Below are positions 1 to 8,768 of a stretch of DNA of 64,000 nucleotides, one piece after another. The notes below the pieces were generated by a model. The model ran no database searches and was not told the origin of the DNA. It was given only the letters and a program-made list of their open reading frames with translations. Origin of the DNA: a virus (taxonomy: Duplodnaviria > Heunggongvirae > Uroviricota > Caudoviricetes); IMG/VR virus record IMGVR_UViG_3300028898_000252, positions 221,946 to 285,945 of that record. One strand, given 5' to 3'. A program made the position numbers and the translations under genes. Every line of letters starts with the position of its first letter. Position 1 is the first letter of the stretch.

Positions 1-1
1 C

Positions 2-913
2 TTATTTTTTTTCATTTTTTTTGCTTTCTTTAATTGAAACTAAAGGTTGTTGTTGTGTTGTTACTGGAGGAAGAGTTGGTGTTATACCTGGCATTCCTGG
101 AACTGGTTCTATTGGCATTTTATTAACTGGCGCATCCATTGCAACCAAAGAATTAATATTCGAAGTTTGAATTGGTTGTACCGCATAAATTTGATCTAAG
201 TTTGCTCTTTCGGCAATCATCATTCTCTGCTCTATAACTGCCCAATTTAACTCTTGAAGAGTCCCATTAAGGTAGCCTTTTTTATCGCCACTATAATCTT
301 TAAACCAAGCATGATGAAAAGTATCGACAACAATAACTGGAATTCCCATAACTGGTATATTTTCTGAGTGTTTTTCGATAACACAGTTCATGTATTTTTT
401 TGAATATGGATCATAGTAACATACTGCCCAACCTTCTAAAGCAACCATTCCACATGATCTAAAATCTAATTGCCACTGTTCGAATGTTCCAAAATCTTTT
501 GAGAGTCTTATGAATGGAATACTATCTGCTCTAACTTGAGAATTTAAGTCGGATATGTTTGAAAAATAGAGTTCGTGAAACTTTATTCCATTGAAATTAG
601 ATTGTTCATCAAGTTTTAGTCTTCTGAATTCAGAATTTGTTGGATTTAACGAATCCATGACTTTATTAACCGTATCAATTTTTGGGCTAATTTGATTTAC
701 GGCTTCTATATAGCTTCTATAAAGAGAAAAATGATTGTCTTTTGTGAAAGGACTTAGTTTTTCTGTTTTAAGAATAAATGGTTTTGCAATAAAATACACA
801 GCTTCCGAAATGAAGGTTTTTGCTTCGGTAATGATTTTATCTTTCACTGGAATATATTCTTTTATTTTTCTTTTAAGCTTTTCTTTTGTGTTTTCGTCAA
901 GGATATCATTCAT
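2..913 (-). CDS. Fe/Mn superoxide dismutase-like protein
   Basis: NHFSLY, HELYFSNI, FGTFEQW..DF, GWAV and VVDTFHHAW..DY match the SOD motifs (H..Y, H..F/Y, DxWEHAY); Pro/Gln-rich C-terminal tail. Confidence 0.7.
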   Translation of the reverse strand: MNDILDENTKEKLKRKIKEYIPVKDKIITEAKTFISEAVYFIAKPFILKTEKLSPFTKDNHFSLYRSYIEAVNQISPKIDTVNKVMDSLNPTNSEFRRLKLDEQSNFNGIKFHELYFSNISDLNSQVRADSIPFIRLSKDFGTFEQWQLDFRSCGMVALEGWAVCYYDPYSKKYMNCVIEKHSENIPVMGIPVIVVDTFHHAWFKDYSGDKKGYLNGTLQELNWAVIEQRMMIAERANLDQIYAVQPIQTSNINSLVAMDAPVNKMPIEPVPGMPGITPTLPPVTTQQQPLVSIKESKKNEKK

Positions 914-949
914 AACAAAATTAATTATAACCTTTAAATAAAGAAAAGA

Positions 950-2326
950 CTATGATTCTAAAGTTTCTTTTTCGATTTCTTTTAGTAAAAACCCACCATG
1001 TCCAGTAGCCAACTTATTTCCAAAATAGCTTTTCTTGGCACTAAAATCAATTTCATTTTCATCCAGTGTGTTAACTTCAACACCAAGTATTTGTAGGTCG
1101 CCATTCTTATTTGATGTTATAAGAAGTTTTGCTTGAATGAAATTCACAAGTTGCAAAATAGTTTTTGTAGTCTCTTTGAACCATTTATTTTCATTCAGTT
1201 TTGAATAAACATTTAATGCAAATTTATTAAGTAATTCAATCTTTTGATCGAAATTAAAACTTGGCGAACTTAATTGTGTCGTAATTGTATCAATTTGAGA
1301 ATTGTCTATTCCAAGTTTAGAGGCAACAGCAATTAAATTTTTATAAGTCTTTCGTTTTGTTAACGATAATATTATATTTTTCTCATCTTCTTCAGAAGAA
1401 GAATTTCCAAGAAGTATACCTAAAAGTTTTTCAAACAAATCAAAATTTGATATTCGTTTTTCTAAAACTGATCTTTTTTCAGATAAAATCTTTGCAATAA
1501 AAGCAATTGATCCATAGGCTCCATGTTTGCTACGACTACCGCCCTGCTTTACAGAAACCAAATAATTTTTTCCAGAAGTTAAATCTTTTATTTCTGCATC
1601 ATAACCTATTTGGTTTGCCTTAGAGGCAATATTCAGCATCGGTTTATCAAACATAATTGATGTTTTATTCATTGCAATCATCAACGGAACAATAAATTCT
1701 GAAACATATATATTTATTTCTTTTAAAAAACGTGAACCATCAGGTATTGTAATTGAATTATTATTTTTTAATCCAAGCAAAATTTTAAGAATAACTAATC
1801 CAAACTTAGTTCTATCTCCTTTTGCTTTTTTTAACAAAGTATTATAAATTTTATTTGGATCTTGAAATCTGTCCGTTTCGACAATTGATTTTGTGTCTGT
1901 GAACAATTCAGAAAAGTCAAATTTTGATGGCTGATATAATGCTTGCCCCGCAATAGCAGATTTTAGTCTTGGTTTAATCCCAAACCTAAGATCAAAATCA
2001 TCTCTTAGACTTAATCCTCCCCATGTAGGAATATCAGATTTTGAATTAATTTCTTTATCAAAATATCTAACTAAGTTATATTCTTGCTTAGTTTTATTTC
2101 GTGTTAACTGTACTAATACAGCACTTTTCACACGATCTGTTTTTTTAATATTAACCTTGTTTGCTACTTCGAATGTCTCATTCTCTATTAAGTTTAAAAT
2201 ATCAGAATTGATATTACCAAATTCACCATTAAAAATTTCAAGTTTTGTTAATGTATAGATTATTTGTTTGTTTCCTTCATCAATAAAAATATCACCAATT
2301 TTTCTATTTTTTATACCTTGTGCCAT
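950..2326 (-). CDS. hypothetical protein, possibly PD-(D/E)xK nuclease-like
   Basis: 458-aa ORF; YDAEI...LVSVKQG loosely resembles a D...(S/E)xK nuclease core. Confidence 0.3.
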   Translation of the reverse strand: MAQGIKNRKIGDIFIDEGNKQIIYTLTKLEIFNGEFGNINSDILNLIENETFEVANKVNIKKTDRVKSAVLVQLTRNKTKQEYNLVRYFDKEINSKSDIPTWGGLSLRDDFDLRFGIKPRLKSAIAGQALYQPSKFDFSELFTDTKSIVETDRFQDPNKIYNTLLKKAKGDRTKFGLVILKILLGLKNNNSITIPDGSRFLKEINIYVSEFIVPLMIAMNKTSIMFDKPMLNIASKANQIGYDAEIKDLTSGKNYLVSVKQGGSRSKHGAYGSIAFIAKILSEKRSVLEKRISNFDLFEKLLGILLGNSSSEEDEKNIILSLTKRKTYKNLIAVASKLGIDNSQIDTITTQLSSPSFNFDQKIELLNKFALNVYSKLNENKWFKETTKTILQLVNFIQAKLLITSNKNGDLQILGVEVNTLDENEIDFSAKKSYFGNKLATGHGGFLLKEIEKETLES

Positions 2327-2362
2327 TTTAACTCATATAAGTATGAATCTTCGAAATTGTAG

Positions 2363-3505
2363 TCAATTGCCAGAAAAAAGATAATCATAAATTTCTGACA
2401 AAGAAGCAATTTTATCTAGTTTGGTTGATAGTCCATATTTGTCTTTTGTAATTGATCCGCAATAAACCTCGTACACTGGGTACGCTTCGAAGTTTTCTGT
2501 TGGACTTATGTCCCAAACTTTTACTGTTAAGTCTGAAAACTTTTCTCCAATTACAGAGAGTTCGGCGTAAATTTTTCCTGTTTTTGTTGTTTTTAATATT
2601 GCTTTTCTTAAAATAAACCAAACTTGTTCTGTGATCTTTTTCTTTTCTCCTTCTTCAAGAAAATCGATTTCTCTAATCTCATCAACGCTTATAAGATTCA
2701 TCTCTTTTATTGCTTCAAAATATTTTGGATCAAGAATTAAACTTAAGTCTGCGCTACCTGCAAGTTCGAGCCAATATTTAGTTTTTTCTGCTCTTGACCA
2801 ATCTTCTGTTTTTAATTCTTGTTCTTTTTTTATTAGTTCATCTAAAATTGGTTGAATGTTATTATTTTTCTTCTTTGCTGAAGTTTTCTTTAATAAATCA
2901 AAATTTTCGACAATAACATTAAACGCTTGTTTGTAATTTGATAATTCACCAGTTGGCGAAACAAGATTTAAACTATCGAGGGCCTCTAAGCAAATAAGAT
3001 TTGTTAATCCTTTACGATTAAATTTAGAATGTTTCCAAGAACCATCTTCTTTTATTAATAAGTCTTTTATATCTTTATAAGGTTTATTTCTGTTAATTTC
3101 TTCGAGCGCTGCTTCTCCAATTCCATCAATTGTTGTCAATCCTGGAATTATTGTTTTTTCTTTAAATGGATGCATTTCATATCCCGCACTTGAGAAGTTA
3201 ATATCTGGTTTTGAGAATTTATAGCCAAGTTTTTGTGCCTCTCTCATTGCAACAGCTTTGGGATCTTCTTGACCAACAACTTTACCCTTTTCAAGAGCGG
3301 CATAATCTAAACAAGCTGTTATCCATTCATCTGGATGATATGTTAAAAGATAGCTGCATTGAAAAGTAGCTATTGAATAAGAAATTGCGTGGCTATTAGA
3401 AACAGAAATATCATTAGCATAAAAAGTATGGTCTTCATGATCCACTTCCAAATCATAAGTTTCTTCAATACCATAAAACTCAACAGAATCGATCTCGTCT
3501 AGCAT
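2363..3505 (-). CDS. dnaE: DNA polymerase III alpha, fragment 4 (IntC3 + C-terminal extein)
   Basis: Begins with an intein C-fragment (TYDLEV...FYANDISVSN), then SHAISY (DnaE FNKSH.AY), PDINFS, GLTTIDGIG (HhH) and an OB-fold-like KTTKTGKIYA region. Confidence 0.93.
   Translation of the reverse strand: MLDEIDSVEFYGIEETYDLEVDHEDHTFYANDISVSNSHAISYSIATFQCSYLLTYHPDEWITACLDYAALEKGKVVGQEDPKAVAMREAQKLGYKFSKPDINFSSAGYEMHPFKEKTIIPGLTTIDGIGEAALEEINRNKPYKDIKDLLIKEDGSWKHSKFNRKGLTNLICLEALDSLNLVSPTGELSNYKQAFNVIVENFDLLKKTSAKKKNNNIQPILDELIKKEQELKTEDWSRAEKTKYWLELAGSADLSLILDPKYFEAIKEMNLISVDEIREIDFLEEGEKKKITEQVWFILRKAILKTTKTGKIYAELSVIGEKFSDLTVKVWDISPTENFEAYPVYEVYCGSITKDKYGLSTKLDKIASLSEIYDYLFSGN
3395..3505 (-). 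mobile_element. split intein C-fragment IntC3 (37 aa, acidic)
   Basis: Block F YDLEV, block G ending SN, +1 Ser. Confidence 0.9.
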
Positions 3506-3642
3506 TATTTTTTTTCCTTTACAAAAGCTTCTATTTTTTTGAGAACCGAATCAAAATCAGAATTAATCTCGCTTTCCCAAATTCGTAATATTTTCCATCT
3601 TATAACCTTAAATTCTTGATTACAGATCATACATTTTTGCAT
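3505..3642 (-). pseudogene. 45-aa internally deleted remnant of a Vsr-like homing endonuclease (not in the ORF track)
   Basis: Manual translation MQKCMICNQEFKVIRWKILRIWESEINSDFDSVLKKIEAFVKEKK*; the WKILRIWESEI tail matches YKTLYIWESEL and YKVLTLWESEI in the two intact endonucleases; TAATG overlap with dnaE-4. Confidence 0.7.
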
Positions 3643-3662
3643 TTGACTAAAACCAGATACAA

Positions 3663-3929
3663 TTATTTTACTATAATTTGAAGCTTTTGCTCTATTATTT
3701 CTTTAACAGTTTTCATGCCATTAGGTGTTTGAATTTTATGATCTAACGTACAGACTAATTCTTTACCAGACTTCGTTTTAATTTTAACCAAATTTTTCAC
3801 ACCATTTTCAAACTTATTTTTTACTTTTACAAATCCATTGACACTATTGACTAAATCTTGGTTTGGTATAACCTCTTTAATTTTCTTAAATCCGTTTTGA
3901 GTTTCTACAAGTGAATCTCCATGCAAACA
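3663..3929 (-). mobile_element. split intein N-fragment IntN3 (88 aa, basic)
   Basis: Block A CLHGDSLV, block B CTLDHKI, then a stop codon. Confidence 0.9.
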
Positions 3930-4889
3930 TTGGTTAAACGAATACGCAACCAATTTTTCCATTTTATCAAAAAACTTTGATGCCTTTTGTTCTTCAAGAC
4001 CTGCAAAGGTTTTTGTTTTTTCTACAAACTCAGCTTTTAACTTCTCACGTTCTTTTGCCGCTTTTTCCTTGTTGTTGATTTCTTTCTTTGTAAATGCTTT
4101 ACGAACGGAATCTGTTTCGTCGAGAGGAACTCCACATAAATGATGATAAATTAACTGTAACTGTTCTTGAAAAATTAAGAGTCCGCTTGTTGGTTCTAAA
4201 ACTTCTTTTAAGAATGGATGTTCATATTTAATCAAATCTGGGTTTGCTCTATTCGCTAAAAAGTCTCTATCTACTTTTAATCCTAGTGGGCCTGGGCGGT
4301 GTATTGAAGTCGCAATCGCAATATCTTTGACCGATCTAGGCTTCATCCTTTTCATAAAATCTTGTGTGTTTGGTTTTACGAACTGGAAAATCGAAATAAA
4401 ATTTCCATTCCAAAACACGTTTTCATAAACTTTAAGATCATCCATTGGATTATTGTCTGGTGACAAATGATCATTAAACCATTTTTGAACTTCTTCAAAT
4501 GGTATTTCGGATTCTTGTCTTCCTGTTTGTTTTTTTAATATTTTTCTTACCGTGTTTTCAAAAATACGGAGTGTTCCAAGTGCCAAAAAGTCAAACTTAA
4601 GAAATCCAAAATGTTCTAGCATTCTGAAGTTTACACCTTCTGTCCAAGGTGTTTGGAGCGATCTTTTCTCACCCTTGCCGCCAATAATCAGAGGCATATT
4701 CTGGTTTTCGATCGGCGAGTCAGTGAGGACAACGCCGCCAGCGTGGCGACCGCAATTTGAAATTAATCCAGCTTCGGTCACTATATTAGGCTGATCGTCA
4801 ATAAAAGCACCTGTTGGAATATTGTGGTGAATATCAAAGACAGGTTTCTTACCAATTTTTTGAATTGAGATTATTTTATTCTGTTTCAT
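3663..4889 (-). CDS. dnaE: DNA polymerase III alpha, fragment 3 (IntC2 + extein + IntN3)
   Basis: ...GLISN|CGRHAGGVV, catalytic KFDFL, IFQF, RPGP, IFQEQ, AYSFNQ|CLHGDS... Confidence 0.94.
   Translation of the reverse strand: MKQNKIISIQKIGKKPVFDIHHNIPTGAFIDDQPNIVTEAGLISNCGRHAGGVVLTDSPIENQNMPLIIGGKGEKRSLQTPWTEGVNFRMLEHFGFLKFDFLALGTLRIFENTVRKILKKQTGRQESEIPFEEVQKWFNDHLSPDNNPMDDLKVYENVFWNGNFISIFQFVKPNTQDFMKRMKPRSVKDIAIATSIHRPGPLGLKVDRDFLANRANPDLIKYEHPFLKEVLEPTSGLLIFQEQLQLIYHHLCGVPLDETDSVRKAFTKKEINNKEKAAKEREKLKAEFVEKTKTFAGLEEQKASKFFDKMEKLVAYSFNQCLHGDSLVETQNGFKKIKEVIPNQDLVNSVNGFVKVKNKFENGVKNLVKIKTKSGKELVCTLDHKIQTPNGMKTVKEIIEQKLQIIVK
4755..4889 (-). mobile_element. split intein C-fragment IntC2 (45 aa)
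   Basis: KIISIQKIGKKPVFDI...GLISN, +1 Cys. Confidence 0.88.
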
Positions 4890-5331
4890 CGCCGAATTCT
4901 CGCTCCAACTTGAGACCTATTATTTTTTGATTTTCTATTTCCAAAAGATAAGAATAGAGTTCAATTCCATCATAATTTATACCTAAAGAAAATTGTGGTT
5001 TAAATTTATTTGTTAGTTGGATATTATTAATCCAAATCCAAGTATCGTGTGGGGTAAGAACTTTTTCATCGCTAATTGTATAAATAGTAACAAACATCTC
5101 TTGAATCTCTTTTTCGGATAAGAACTTACATTTGCGTAAAAATTCAATAGACATATCTTGACAACTAATAGCAAATACATCTAATTCTTCAAGCAATATC
5201 AATTTTTCCGAATGTATAATTTTTCTAGTTTTTAACTGATCAACCAAACTATAAAACAATTCAAAAACAGCTTGAGACTTTTCTAAAGTTACTTTTTCAT
5301 AGTCTTCAGAAAAAAATTGCTTTATATCCAT
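4876..5331 (-). CDS. hypothetical protein lying between IntN2 and IntC2
   Basis: 151-aa ORF overlapping both flanking dnaE fragments; no recognisable motif. Confidence 0.6.
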   Translation of the reverse strand: MDIKQFFSEDYEKVTLEKSQAVFELFYSLVDQLKTRKIIHSEKLILLEELDVFAISCQDMSIEFLRKCKFLSEKEIQEMFVTIYTISDEKVLTPHDTWIWINNIQLTNKFKPQFSLGINYDGIELYSYLLEIENQKIIGLKLEREFGDETE

Positions 5332-5600
5332 CCGATTAGAGAATCCTCATTTGTTAAATCTTTTACCTGTTTCCAACCTTTATCGGTTTGAACTAAATGG
5401 TCTTCAGTTAGTTCCAAAACCTTTCCATCTAAAGTTTCAATTTTGTAAACTTCTTTTTCTCCATTTTCGACTTTAAAAAAGTCTGAACTATATTGAATTT
5501 CTCCAACGTTGTCAATAAATGCTATCTTGTCTTGCTCTGTAATTTCAGAGTATTTTTTCCAACCGCTGTTAGTCAACAGTAATGTGTCCTCCGTAAAACA
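5322..5600 (-). mobile_element. split intein N-fragment IntN2 (92 aa, acidic)
   Basis: CFTEDTLLLT..GWK, block B LTEDHLV, GWKQVKDL, then stop. Confidence 0.9.
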
Positions 5601-6725
5601 TGATTTTATTTGTTTGAATAATACTTTTATGCTCGCTTCAAGTTGTGGATAATCTTCCAATAGTTTGTTAAAAGTTGGAGAGTTTTTCTCGGCACTTTCA
5701 TAAGAAAGAAACCAAACACCTCGATCGAAACCATCTTGTTTCTTATCTTCGTCAAGTGTTTCTTTTTCAATTTTTTGAGTAATTGGATTGATTTCTTCAA
5801 ATGGAATTTGGTATAACCTAGCCAAATCTTTAATTAAGGATTTAAGTTGAAGTTGGTTATAGTTTGAAACAGGTAATACGCATTCTTCTCCAAAATGCTC
5901 GATAAGAATTTTAATTGCCTCTTCTCTGTCTGCACAATCGCTATCAATGTCAGGTAAGGAATTGTGGGATAAAACATACACGCCATCTTTTTTATCTGAA
6001 ACCCAAAATGTATGGTCGGCTTCCAATTTAATATCAATTAAAGTTAATGGGACTTTACCTTTTTCGATAGAAAAAATTTCCCAAGTTTTATTATCAGATC
6101 CATTCCCATAAAATCTTGGCTGAGTTTTTGTAAAACTATTATCTACTACTGATTTTATAAATTCAACAGATACATCTTTATATTTTACATCTAAAGGAAT
6201 TTTTTGTATATGTGGACAATTAAATTGTTGAGCTGTAATAAATTTATGATTTGAACTAGCTATCAATTTTCCAACGCTATAAAATGGTCTATGAAAACCT
6301 TTCAAACCAAGACTGGTATGATTTAGCCAATAACCATACGTAATTTCATACCAGTCTGTACGATCTTTTGTTAGATCAATTGCCACGGTAGGAAAATATT
6401 TTCCTGTATGAGTTTTAATTCGGTCTCCGATTTTAATATTTTTTAATTGTTTAGGACCCGTATAGGTCAAGACCCAAGAATCTTCTCCGAGACATGCTTT
6501 CTTTTTACTTAAAAACCTTTCAAACAAAAGTCCATGTTTAATTGGATCAACCTGGGTAATTCCTAAAAGGTAACAAACTAAAGATCCCGCACCAGAATTA
6601 TGCACAGGAAAACCCTCGACGTTATACGAACTTTTATTCTCAACAGAAAGGTCATAAACCTTTCCAGTATATTTTCTATATGTTTTTGATTTTAGTTTCA
6701 TTATGTTTACCAGAGGCCATTCCAT
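5322..6725 (-). CDS. dnaE: DNA polymerase III alpha, fragment 2 (IntC1 + extein + cis mini-intein + extein + IntN2)
   Basis: VHN|SGAGSLVCYLLGIT..DP....LLFERFL; catalytic PDIDSD; QIKS|CFTEDT; the true start may be the ATG at 6701. Confidence 0.94.
   Translation of the reverse strand: MEWPLVNIMKLKSKTYRKYTGKVYDLSVENKSSYNVEGFPVHNSGAGSLVCYLLGITQVDPIKHGLLFERFLSKKKACLGEDSWVLTYTGPKQLKNIKIGDRIKTHTGKYFPTVAIDLTKDRTDWYEITYGYWLNHTSLGLKGFHRPFYSVGKLIASSNHKFITAQQFNCPHIQKIPLDVKYKDVSVEFIKSVVDNSFTKTQPRFYGNGSDNKTWEIFSIEKGKVPLTLIDIKLEADHTFWVSDKKDGVYVLSHNSLPDIDSDCADREEAIKILIEHFGEECVLPVSNYNQLQLKSLIKDLARLYQIPFEEINPITQKIEKETLDEDKKQDGFDRGVWFLSYESAEKNSPTFNKLLEDYPQLEASIKVLFKQIKSCFTEDTLLLTNSGWKKYSEITEQDKIAFIDNVGEIQYSSDFFKVENGEKEVYKIETLDGKVLELTEDHLVQTDKGWKQVKDLTNEDSLIGWI
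5961..6494 (-). mobile_element. contiguous mini-intein (178 aa, no endonuclease) in dnaE fragment 2
   Basis: CLGEDSWV, ASSNHKF, LIDIKLEADHTF...LSHN|S, immediately before SLPDIDSD. Confidence 0.88.
6597..6725 (-). mobile_element. split intein C-fragment IntC1 (35-43 aa, basic)
   Basis: YTGKVYDLSVENKSSYNVEGFPVHN, +1 Ser. Confidence 0.9.
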
Positions 6726-7165
6726 TGTTCATTTATTTTGATATGAATTTTTGGCAAAGCTGTTATCGGAAATTCATAATCTATAAGGTCAAGAGAAAAT
6801 GCACCAGTTCTATATTTCAAATAATTTGGAATTTTTTTAAAGATATATTCCTTAATGTTAAAAACATTAGCTATCATTATTTCAATCTTTGTTTCAGACA
6901 AATATTCTCCATATTCAGCAATGTAAAACTCATGGTTTTGAAAACTTAATGAGAGTGTATACTTTGGCAAATGTCTTAAAAAGATAAAAGCTGATTTTTC
7001 TGTCGCTTCTTCGTTTCTGTTTTTTAAGTGGAAATCCAGATATTCCTGATCTTTAAATAAACTTTCAACATCTGCTTTCAGTTCGGACACACGTTCCATT
7101 ATTTTATCATGTTGTGGGTGCGTCACATTGAGTTTTTCACAAATGAGTTTTATATTATATTTCAT
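6707..7165 (-). CDS. hypothetical protein
   Basis: 152-aa ORF overlapping both neighbours. Confidence 0.55.
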   Translation of the reverse strand: MKYNIKLICEKLNVTHPQHDKIMERVSELKADVESLFKDQEYLDFHLKNRNEEATEKSAFIFLRHLPKYTLSLSFQNHEFYIAEYGEYLSETKIEIMIANVFNIKEYIFKKIPNYLKYRTGAFSLDLIDYEFPITALPKIHIKINEQWNGLW

Positions 7166-7563
7166 AACAGTTTTAGCTCTCTAGTCAGCGGATCAATCTT
7201 CTCGCTAGAGTGTGGTCCTATAGCTAAGCATGTTTTAGTTGGCTGTCCATGAAACTCAGTTAATCCCGCGTCGGTTATTAAATTTACGGTCAACCCCGTC
7301 TCTTTTGCTGCTTGATACAATTCTATCAATTCTTTTTCTGTTTCGACATAAACGGCAACTTTTTTAAAATTGCCATCGATCCAGGAAATTTCTTCTTCAT
7401 CTAAAAGATCAATAGCTTTTTTTTCAGGACTGTTTCTAATCCTTTGAGTTAGCCATTTTATACTTGCGTGGGCAAGTTGGGCAGCTATTTTACCTTTTCT
7501 AACATTTAAGTCTTTTCTCCACACAAGAACTTGTTTTATATCATTTTCCATTTTTACATCCAA
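7162..7563 (-). CDS. pth2: peptidyl-tRNA hydrolase, Pth2 type
   Basis: KQVLVWRKDL...GKIAAQLAHAS, KKVAV, DAGLTE, TCLAIGP. Confidence 0.92.
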   Translation of the reverse strand: MDVKMENDIKQVLVWRKDLNVRKGKIAAQLAHASIKWLTQRIRNSPEKKAIDLLDEEEISWIDGNFKKVAVYVETEKELIELYQAAKETGLTVNLITDAGLTEFHGQPTKTCLAIGPHSSEKIDPLTRELKLL

Positions 7564-7931
7564 TCTCCGAAGTTTTCAACTTTCATTTCTGAAGGAAACT
7601 CATCCTCTTGAAAAGGTTTTGTCTCGATCATAATAGGGTTTTTATTTGAAACAAATTTTAAATATTCTCTACAGGAAACTCCCAAAACTCTTTCCTGAAT
7701 ACCTTTTTCAGTTAACAGTGTGTATAAACCATAAAGCATTAATCCGCTATTATAGTTTGGATCTAAGTGGTAACTTAGTTTATATTTTTCAAAAACGTTA
7801 GTTACTAAAAGTTTTTTGTTTCCCAATATCTCTTGTTCTATTTTCTTTTTGACTTCTTCAAACTTTGATTTAAATGAAGGATCTTTTAATATAGAAAGAA
7901 GCTCTTCTTTTGTTTTGTCGTAGTTTATCAT
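7554..7931 (-). CDS. hypothetical protein
   Basis: 125-aa ORF overlapping both neighbours. Confidence 0.55.
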   Translation of the reverse strand: MINYDKTKEELLSILKDPSFKSKFEEVKKKIEQEILGNKKLLVTNVFEKYKLSYHLDPNYNSGLMLYGLYTLLTEKGIQERVLGVSCREYLKFVSNKNPIMIETKPFQEDEFPSEMKVENFGDWM

Positions 7932-8767
7932 ATTGCTATCTCTAGTTCAGAATTGATTTTTTGCGGTTTATCAAAATTGGCGAATTCAAAATCATCGATA
8001 TTAAACTCGTAAAAACTTTTGCTTTGTTTTAAAGTAAAATTTGGCTGTTCTTGTAACGATTCTCTTTTTATGATTTCGTTTGCCGCATTTAAATGCCTAT
8101 CGTAAATATGAAGATTATGAACATAGTGGCAGAATTTGCCTGGTTTGTAACCAAGATCCGAGGCAACCATTAACTGTAAAGCATAATACTGTGCCTTGTT
8201 AATCCAGTTGGCCATAATATAATCTGAACTTCTTTGAATAAGAGTCATGTCAAGTATATAGTTTTTAGAGGTTAAGTCTTTTCGGACAGACCAAATTGTT
8301 TCAAATGCACAAGGATACAAACCTTCAGTTTCAAGAAGATCAGATTCTTGATATAGGTTAAGGATATGTCTTCTTCCGAATGGATTTTGTTTTAATCCAT
8401 GCAAAAGTTTATTCATTAAATCCCATTTTCTAACTGTTGCCCCATATCTTTGACCAATTGTTCCATTTCCAATTTCCCATTCATTCCACCAATTAATCCC
8501 AAGTTTTTTTGTATCTTCTAGTTTGGAAGATTGAAGTTGATAAATCCAAAAAATTTCTTTTATTCCTGATTTAACTGCTGTGTTTCTAAGTGTTGTAAAT
8601 GGCAATTCACCATTTTCTATATCATATTCTTCAAACACTTGTGTTACAAACAAACTATTCGCAGGAGTTCCATCTTTATATTTCGGTCTTGGATTTTCAT
8701 CTTTATTACCTTTCGTTATTAGTTTATATAAATTTTGTTTATAGTAGATATCTGCTTTTGCAAGCAT
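7928..8767 (-). CDS. thyA: thymidylate synthase
   Basis: IGQRYG, FGRRH, LYPC (catalytic Cys), QRSSD, N..QY, HIYDRH. Confidence 0.93.
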   Translation of the reverse strand: MLAKADIYYKQNLYKLITKGNKDENPRPKYKDGTPANSLFVTQVFEEYDIENGELPFTTLRNTAVKSGIKEIFWIYQLQSSKLEDTKKLGINWWNEWEIGNGTIGQRYGATVRKWDLMNKLLHGLKQNPFGRRHILNLYQESDLLETEGLYPCAFETIWSVRKDLTSKNYILDMTLIQRSSDYIMANWINKAQYYALQLMVASDLGYKPGKFCHYVHNLHIYDRHLNAANEIIKRESLQEQPNFTLKQSKSFYEFNIDDFEFANFDKPQKINSELEIAI

Positions 8768-8768
8768 T

